Shown here piece by piece: positions 56,151 to 61,549 of a DNA stretch of 64,000 nucleotides. The stretch covers positions 3,246 to 67,245 of the forward strand of contig CAZRHE010000006.1 of the NCBI GenBank assembly GCA_964599875.1, in the 5' to 3' direction. This DNA comes from an uncultured Bacteroidaceae bacterium. Lineage in GTDB: Bacteria > Bacillota > Clostridia > Christensenellales > CAG-917. The position numbers and the translations under genes are program-made. Below the pieces are notes generated by a model, which was not told the origin of the DNA, searched no databases, and was given only the letters and a program-made list of their open reading frames with translations. The number at the start of each line of letters is the position of its first letter. The first letter of the stretch is position 1.

Positions 56151-56168
56151 GTGGGATATGTGGGATAG
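56151..56168. repeat. tandem 9-mers GTGGGATAT GTGGGATAG
   Basis: Adjacent copies lie directly after the stop codon of the Zot-like gene (stop at 56173-56175). Confidence 0.7.
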
Positions 56169-56172
56169 TCCT

Positions 56173-57147
56173 CTATTCATCTTCAGTCCCTTCTCCTTCA
56201 TCGTATTTGTTTGCTTCGGCATACGCCTTTATGTTCGCTTGACTTAGATTGTGCATCACGCCGGGATGCTCTTTTGTTCCGATTGTATTCATGCCGAGGT
56301 AGAACAGCGCACGACACGAATTTGATTGATAGTATTTGTATATATCGCCCTCGAAGACAAGTTTTTGATTGCGACATACATATTCGTCGGTTGGTAGACT
56401 TGTCAAACGAGCCATTTCGAATTCTTGATGCAATATAACGTCATACGTCCATATCGATCGCACTCGATGCCACGGCCGTTTTTTACCCCAATATTTCGGG
56501 TTAAATAGCCACTTCAATCTAAACGGTTCTTTTTCATATTGATGCTTTAGGTTTTTGATTTGCACCTCATACATGACGAGATCTCGTGCGGCCTTATCGA
56601 GTTTTGCCATAGATTGAGTGTCGCCGATTACCGTCAGATTGTTATGGCCGAGCAATTTAAACGCTTCGAAGGTTCTCTGTTTTCGTTTCGAATCCTTGCT
56701 CCACGTTCTGTTGGATAATCCGAGATCAATTTCCGGAAAATTCATCACCGAATACGGCAATAGATATTGAAATCCATAACTATTACTTTCATCGGGTAAA
56801 CCAAAGTCAGATACATCCATATGCAACGTCTCACGTTTTGCATCGACATCGAGGTATATTTCATCTCGAGAAAAGTAACATGTCCTCGGACATTTCACAT
56901 TTCTATAAGAGCGTCTGTCGTCGAACATTAGTTGTTCTATAAACTTACGTTGCTCCTCAATACGCAAAGATTCAAATCTTCGTGCATCGTTCACTATCAA
57001 TGCCGTATTAAACGACGTTTTACCTATTCTCTGTCTGCCAGTAGTTACGACAAGCCCTGTCGCAAGCATACCATCCTCTCTAAACAAAGGATTTTCATTC
57101 CTATGAATTATTGCAGTTTTTGGTTTCTTTCTCATTTTGATTGACAA
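56173..57147 (-). CDS. Zot/pI-like P-loop NTPase (no TM segment detected)
   Basis: Walker A TGRQRIGKTS. Walker-B-like VMNFPEID. LLGHNNLTVIGDTQSMAKLDKAARDLV resembles the HRH.G.D....TQ....I...VR.LV block of Zot-family NTPases. Start is TTG 57147 (MSIK...) or ATG 57135. No SD. Confidence 0.55.
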   Translation of the reverse strand: MSIKMRKKPKTAIIHRNENPLFREDGMLATGLVVTTGRQRIGKTSFNTALIVNDARRFESLRIEEQRKFIEQLMFDDRRSYRNVKCPRTCYFSRDEIYLDVDAKRETLHMDVSDFGLPDESNSYGFQYLLPYSVMNFPEIDLGLSNRTWSKDSKRKQRTFEAFKLLGHNNLTVIGDTQSMAKLDKAARDLVMYEVQIKNLKHQYEKEPFRLKWLFNPKYWGKKRPWHRVRSIWTYDVILHQEFEMARLTSLPTDEYVCRNQKLVFEGDIYKYYQSNSCRALFYLGMNTIGTKEHPGVMHNLSQANIKAYAEANKYDEGEGTEDE

Positions 57148-57169
57148 TGAATTTTGTTTCGCTTATTAT
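57141..57169 (+). promoter_or_regulatory. plus-strand promoter-like element TTGACA-17-TATTAT (antisense to the island genes)
   Basis: TTGACA at 57141-57146, TATTAT at 57164-57169. Caveat: the TTGACA is the complement of the TTG-TCA-A start codons of the Zot-like gene. Confidence 0.45.
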
Positions 57170-57175
57170 TTAGGC

Positions 57176-57278
57176 AAGGTACGCCCCCCTATTCGCATTA
57201 GTCGAATGGTGTTGCCAGAGGCTCAGGTCGTCTGACAGGGCACATTGAAGAAGAAGTATTTTACTTCTTCTTTTTCTT
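57176..57278 (+). ncRNA. candidate convergent antisense sRNA A (about 100 nt)
   Basis: It lies between the promoter above and the plus-strand terminator AAGAAGAAG-TATTTTA-CTTCTTCTT plus T-run (57248-57280). The TAA stop of the 139-aa gene sits in the terminator loop. Internal hairpins ATTCG/CGAAT and TCAG/CTGA. C-rich GCCCCCCTA near the 5' end. Confidence 0.4.
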
Positions 57279-57680
57279 TTGTTTTCTTCTATTTTTTTTG
57301 CCAGTATGATACAAGACTTTGTCTGTATCCTTTTTACTCAGAACAAAGCGCTCGTTTTGTTCCGGAAATACATCCTTATCTTCTATCTTTAACGGCTTTT
57401 TCGACATGCGATTTATGCCAAACTTTTCATAATCCACTCCGGTGCGGACTTTGAGTCCGTATCTATCTTGATTGATTTCCACGAGTGCCTTATCTGCATT
57501 CTTACCATTGTCATCAAAAATTTTTATGGATTTAAGTTTCGACACCTTCACACGCTTTCCGTCATCGAATACGACGACGTAACTTCTTTCGGGTTTCGTA
57601 TCCTTATCTATGTATTTCGTTTTGGCTCGATACACTTTGCCGACTTTTGTACTTTTATTATCCGTTTTCATGCTGCACAC
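57261..57680 (-). CDS. small Lys-rich basic protein, paralog family member 1
   Basis: 139 aa. About 87% identical (hand count: 100 of 115 aligned residues) to the 133-aa protein at 61144-61545. Poly-Lys C-terminus. Its start overlaps the upstream gene's stop (TAGTG). Confidence 0.7.
   Translation of the reverse strand: MCSMKTDNKSTKVGKVYRAKTKYIDKDTKPERSYVVVFDDGKRVKVSKLKSIKIFDDNGKNADKALVEINQDRYGLKVRTGVDYEKFGINRMSKKPLKIEDKDVFPEQNERFVLSKKDTDKVLYHTGKKNRRKQKKKKK
57290..57650. repeat. dispersed direct DNA repeat, copy 1 (partner 61165-61525)
   Basis: The two small-protein genes share long identical runs, e.g. the 38-nt AGTCCGTATCTATCTTGATTGATTTCCACGAGTGCCTT at 57454-57491 and 61328-61365. Confidence 0.8.
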
Positions 57681-58693
57681 TAAATTGTCACGTCAACGTT
57701 GCCGAGGAAGATATCAAATGTTTCTGAAATTTTCCCACATACAACGGTTACTGTTATGACATAATTCGTGGCACTATAGTTAAGTGCTTCCAATACGGCA
57801 TTTCTCATGCAGTTTTTAGCACCATCTACGTCAGATGGATAGTATGTGGAAACCTGCGTAAAACGGTCGCTAAATATATCGCCACACAACAAATCGAGCG
57901 AAAGCGTGAGTTCCGTATCATAATGTACAGGCAAAGTTTGCACCATAGACAAATTGTATTTCCCGGACATATAACTTTTTATAACGTTACGAGCATCTCC
58001 CATTAATCCATTTGATTTTTCGGAAATTTGCCAAAAGACTTCAACATCCTCATCTCTGCCCATCGAATAGACTTCGTCTTCATAAAAAACACGCGGAATA
58101 AGAGTATATGTGTCTGCATCATTCAAAACGTCCACTTTCCATCGACCGTAATAATTTGTATCATTTCCTTTACTGCTGAGTATTTGGAGTCCTACAGATC
58201 GAACGTTCTCTTTTGCAATATAATCAACCGTGACGGTAGCAAACATATCAGGACGCTCTGCCAAGTAACACTTTACGATGATTTGTTCTCCAAATGCTTG
58301 CAGCAAAGTGACGTCACATATATTGTCTTTTTTTTCATCAATGGTTAGAGTAACATAGTCAGTAACTGTTTTTCCGTCTGCCCAAAAAGAATCTGCTTCA
58401 TTAAATTCGATAGACCACTCCAAAGACTTATACATAGAATCATAGGGAAATACGCTTGCGGTCAATCTATATGTATTGTCGTTCTCCGCTTCACTGAATG
58501 CAATTGCAATTCCATTTTCAAACGAGCTTTCCACTACAAATTCAGTATCAATATTTGTATTAGCGGTGTTATCAGTGCTGTTTGAACGATTGATATTATA
58601 ATAGAAACATCCAAATACTGACGCACCAATAAGCAAGATGCTCAATATGCTTGTGACGATAATGATTGCTGTTTTTTGTTTTGTGATATTCAT
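57680..58693 (-). CDS. secreted/membrane-anchored protein with Ig-like (Big_2-like) domain, paralog 1
   Basis: 337 aa. N-terminal hydrophobic anchor ending ..SVFGC. LTASVFPYDSMYKSLEWSI...DYVTLT...VTLLQAFGEQIIVKCY fits the Big_2 pattern. GGAG SD. Confidence 0.6.
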   Translation of the reverse strand: MNITKQKTAIIIVTSILSILLIGASVFGCFYYNINRSNSTDNTANTNIDTEFVVESSFENGIAIAFSEAENDNTYRLTASVFPYDSMYKSLEWSIEFNEADSFWADGKTVTDYVTLTIDEKKDNICDVTLLQAFGEQIIVKCYLAERPDMFATVTVDYIAKENVRSVGLQILSSKGNDTNYYGRWKVDVLNDADTYTLIPRVFYEDEVYSMGRDEDVEVFWQISEKSNGLMGDARNVIKSYMSGKYNLSMVQTLPVHYDTELTLSLDLLCGDIFSDRFTQVSTYYPSDVDGAKNCMRNAVLEALNYSATNYVITVTVVCGKISETFDIFLGNVDVTI

Positions 58694-58769
58694 ATTTTCT
58701 CCGTTGTGTCATGGTTTCCGCCGTGTCGGTTTTTCGCACATACTATTTGATTAATTCAATTTCATGCGC

Positions 58770-58799
58770 TTGACAATTGTATTAGTGTTATGGTAATAT
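58770..58799 (+). promoter_or_regulatory. plus-strand promoter TTGACA-18-TAATAT
   Basis: It lies within a 39-nt block (58761-58799) that matches 61020-61058 at 30 of 39 positions, ungapped. The -35 overlaps the palindrome ACAATTGT. Confidence 0.5.
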
Positions 58800-58805
58800 T
58801 CTACC

Positions 58806-58892
58806 GAAGAAACGTTTTGTAGCTGCGGTTTTACCGAAGTGCTCGTTGCAGAATAGCGAATTTAGTTTCGACGTGCGCGTTTCTTCTTTTTA
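58806..58892 (+). ncRNA. candidate convergent antisense sRNA B (about 85 nt)
   Basis: The 9-bp closing helix GAAGAAACG(58806)/CGTTTCTTC(58878) is followed by T5. TACCGAAG occurs twice inside. The 3' end overlaps the stop codon of the 100-aa gene. Confidence 0.35.
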
Positions 58893-59192
58893 TTTCTTTT
58901 TAATTATTTTGTCTACTTTTTTCTTGTCTTGTTCAGACAATTTAAATGGTAGCTTTTCTTTGTCAAATTGATTCTGTCTATCTCTTTGAGGATTATTTTT
59001 AATATAGGCAACAGAATCATCATTTATATTTGGATTTTCATCCAGCTTAATGTTTTTTATTCCACGTGTTATCGGCGAATGAGTTATCCCGAGAAACATA
59101 AAATCATCTCCTATTTGAGCATATATATACGCAGGATGACCGCTCTTTTTGTATTTTCTAAATTCGTTTCGTTTATGTAATGTTTTTCTCAT
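58890..59192 (-). CDS. small Lys-rich basic protein, distant paralog family member 2
   Basis: 100 aa. It shares the C-terminal F.LS..D..K(V/A) motif and Lys tail with the 139/133-aa proteins. GHPAYIYAQIGDDFMFLGITHS recalls the RP.hh....h.h.ITS pattern of SH3-like PemK/MazF folds (weak). Confidence 0.6.
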   Translation of the reverse strand: MRKTLHKRNEFRKYKKSGHPAYIYAQIGDDFMFLGITHSPITRGIKNIKLDENPNINDDSVAYIKNNPQRDRQNQFDKEKLPFKLSEQDKKKVDKIIKKK

Positions 59193-59203
59193 TTGTATTT
59201 CTC

Positions 59204-59743
59204 CTATATGTCATACGACGTGCTTTCAGCTTCGTATTTCTCGAGCAATTCATCCAAATACTTGATAACACTCTGATATCCGGCAACACGGTCGTGAGCA
59301 CGTTGGGTACGTTTATTGATGCGGAGATTTGCCAACTTGCGTTCGTATCGATATTGAGCTTTCAGCGACAACGCAGGTTCATCGGCGCATGGTTGCGTTT
59401 CTATCACTTGCATCGAATCATGTTTTTGTATGGTTTCAACACGCTGTATTGCTTCCTGAATCGATATTTGCACATCTTCGGGCTCATCGTTCGGCTCGTC
59501 AAAATCCGTGAGCGGAGATCCACCCCTCCTAATCTCGTTCCCGGATGGTTTCTCTTTAGCATTTGGTTCCTCTGACGCATCTGTTTCCGTGATTGGGTCA
59601 TCCACGATTTTATATGGATATTCGATCACTTCGACGTAGTCATCGTCATAAGGAGATTTCCGCACGGATTCAAGTTCATCCTTAATCCGTGCGTAGCAAT
59701 GCAACTTAACTTCTTGTATTAACAATTTGATTTGAGCATCCAT
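59204..59743 (-). CDS. hypothetical acidic protein
   Basis: 179 aa, with an Asp/Glu/Pro-rich centre and helical ends. I recognise no motif. Confidence 0.55.
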   Translation of the reverse strand: MDAQIKLLIQEVKLHCYARIKDELESVRKSPYDDDYVEVIEYPYKIVDDPITETDASEEPNAKEKPSGNEIRRGGSPLTDFDEPNDEPEDVQISIQEAIQRVETIQKHDSMQVIETQPCADEPALSLKAQYRYERKLANLRINKRTQRAHDRVAGYQSVIKYLDELLEKYEAESTSYDI

Positions 59744-59748
59744 ATTTT

Positions 59749-60942
59749 TTAAAAAACTATTGATTCCGTATCCAACTCCACAGACGTCGGAGACGTGTAC
59801 ATACCTCGTAAATTTAACTTCACTGTCGTATCTTTATAAGTTATTGAAACCTCGAAAAAAGGCATATAAATATCATCGCTTTCTGCAGCGCTTAAATAAC
59901 GCATCGCAAGGATTTGATAATATCCGTTTTCATCACCTTCACTATATGACACCAAATCAGTGTACCAAGATGATATGGGCTGAACACGATAATACCAATG
60001 CTTAGGAGCATAAGTGTTAGAATAAGCTTTTTCTCTTTCCACTGACACTAAATAATTCAACCTATTTTTTGCGATATTATAATCTCTACTTCCATAAAAT
60101 TCCTCATCATAGCCATTGGCGTAAGTATCAGCTTTATCAGCTACTTGAGAAAACATGGTGGAGCTGTCAATGATTCTCGTGTCTTTTAATTCACTTGAAA
60201 TCAATTCCAAATCTAAAAGACCGCCTTCAAATTTTTCCAAATACAATCCGGCTTTAAAACTTCCAACCAAATTCACTTTAACATCGATGTTTATCTCATC
60301 GGAATCTAAAGCGCTTACACCAAACACGTCCCAAAAATGAATATTCGTCTCATGCCTTTCATAATCTAAAATATTGTATACGGTTCTTGTTGAAGATCCA
60401 TATTTCAACGGATTATCTTTATCATAATTCTCTACAACTGCATTATCATATGTATTCGATTCTTCATAATTAATCGTAAAAGTCATCGCAGCGCCGGAAT
60501 ACGTACACTCAACTGCGGCGCGGAATCCGCCAAGTCGAGTAACAGCGATAAGTCCAATAGTTGCAAGAGGAAAATTTTTGATACAAGTAATGGTGGCATC
60601 GTTTGAACCGTCATAATCAGGTGTTACGGTCACATAATCAGATGCTTCTCCTTCTAATCCTTTGTTGTTATACCATGCAACAGACCAATCGACTTCTTTG
60701 TTGGCAGCATCTTCAGGATAGACGTTAGCACGTACTCTTCTCGTCAAAGAATCTTCACTCGCCGAAACAGCTTCAGTGTCAACCATAGCAAGCGAAACAC
60801 CCTGTATCGAAGTGCATTCTTCGAGATCTATCGCATCAGCCTCGACATTATGGTTTTCTCCTGTATCGTTACACGCACAAAACGCGCACAACATCGATGC
60901 AATTATTACGAAGATTGAAATCAATGATACTATTTTTTTCAT
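59749..60942 (-). CDS. secreted lipoprotein-like protein with Ig-like (Big_2-like) domain, paralog 2
   Basis: 397 aa. Signal MKKIVSLISIFVIIASMLCAFCAC. RVRANVYPEDAANKEVDWSV...DYVTVTP...ATITCIKNF fits Big_2. AAAGGAGAA SD. Confidence 0.6.
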   Translation of the reverse strand: MKKIVSLISIFVIIASMLCAFCACNDTGENHNVEADAIDLEECTSIQGVSLAMVDTEAVSASEDSLTRRVRANVYPEDAANKEVDWSVAWYNNKGLEGEASDYVTVTPDYDGSNDATITCIKNFPLATIGLIAVTRLGGFRAAVECTYSGAAMTFTINYEESNTYDNAVVENYDKDNPLKYGSSTRTVYNILDYERHETNIHFWDVFGVSALDSDEINIDVKVNLVGSFKAGLYLEKFEGGLLDLELISSELKDTRIIDSSTMFSQVADKADTYANGYDEEFYGSRDYNIAKNRLNYLVSVEREKAYSNTYAPKHWYYRVQPISSWYTDLVSYSEGDENGYYQILAMRYLSAAESDDIYMPFFEVSITYKDTTVKLNLRGMYTSPTSVELDTESIVF

Positions 60943-61028
60943 AGTTATTTTCTCCTTTGGGATTTATAGATTTGTTTATATTTTTCCGATTCTTTTCTCC
61001 GATATGATACTTTGTCACTTTCATATGC

Positions 61029-61058
61029 TTGACAATTTTGTATGTATTATGGTAGGAT
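61029..61058 (+). promoter_or_regulatory. plus-strand promoter TTGACA-18-TAGGAT
   Basis: Homologous to the block at 58761-58799. Confidence 0.5.
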
Positions 61059-61064
61059 CTCACC

Positions 61065-61158
61065 AAGGTAGCTCATCCGTAACAATTATTCAAACGGAGT
61101 TATCGGGGACAATTGTCGTCCGATAGAGCGTCACGAGGCATTATTAGCCTCGTTTTTT
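61065..61158 (+). ncRNA. candidate convergent antisense sRNA C (about 95 nt)
   Basis: Hairpins TCCGT/ACGGA and TATCGG..GACAATTGTC..CCGATA. Canonical terminator CGAGGC-ATTATTA-GCCTCG plus T6 (61134-61158). The TAA stop of the 133-aa gene sits in its loop. Confidence 0.45.
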
Positions 61159-61545
61159 ATTACGTTTTTTCTGTTTTGTATGATACAACGCCCTATCCTT
61201 ATCTCTCTTGCTCAACTCAAATCGTTCATTTTCTTCCGGGAAAACATCTTTATCGTCGATTTTCAGCGGCTTTCTTGACATTCGATTTCTATCGAAGACT
61301 TGGTAATCCACTCCGGTGCGTACTTTTAGTCCGTATCTATCTTGATTGATTTCCACGAGTGCCTTGTCTGCATTCTTACCGTTTTCATCGAAGATTTTGA
61401 TAGATTTGAGTTTCGATACCTTTACCCTACGCCCGTCATCGAATACGACGACATAGTTGCGCTCAGGCTTTGTGTCCTTATCTATGTACTTCGTTTTAGC
61501 TCGATACACTTTTCCTACTTTTGAGCCATCGATTATTGTTCTCAC
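61144..61545 (-). CDS. small Lys-rich basic protein, paralog family member 3
   Basis: 133 aa. GTG start preceded by GAGGAG. See 57261-57680. Confidence 0.7.
   Translation of the reverse strand: MRTIIDGSKVGKVYRAKTKYIDKDTKPERNYVVVFDDGRRVKVSKLKSIKIFDENGKNADKALVEINQDRYGLKVRTGVDYQVFDRNRMSRKPLKIDDKDVFPEENERFELSKRDKDRALYHTKQKKRNKKRG
61165..61525. repeat. dispersed direct DNA repeat, copy 2 (partner 57290-57650)
   Basis: See copy 1. Confidence 0.8.
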
Positions 61546-61549
61546 CTTA

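Noticed and set aside
57245-57454. Plus-strand ORFs of 69 aa here and 78 aa at 61113-61349, each starting near a convergent terminator.
   Set aside because: They are antisense to the conserved small basic protein genes. They begin inside or just upstream of the terminator hairpins and T-runs, have no SD, and their translations are not similar to each other despite the DNA similarity. They are not coding.
57176-61158. Type I toxin-antitoxin loci, with a small hydrophobic toxin peptide encoded in or opposite the candidate sRNAs.
   Set aside because: I found no short ORF with an SD and a hydrophobic helix in the three intergenic gaps. The only mini-ORFs are 9 aa or shorter.
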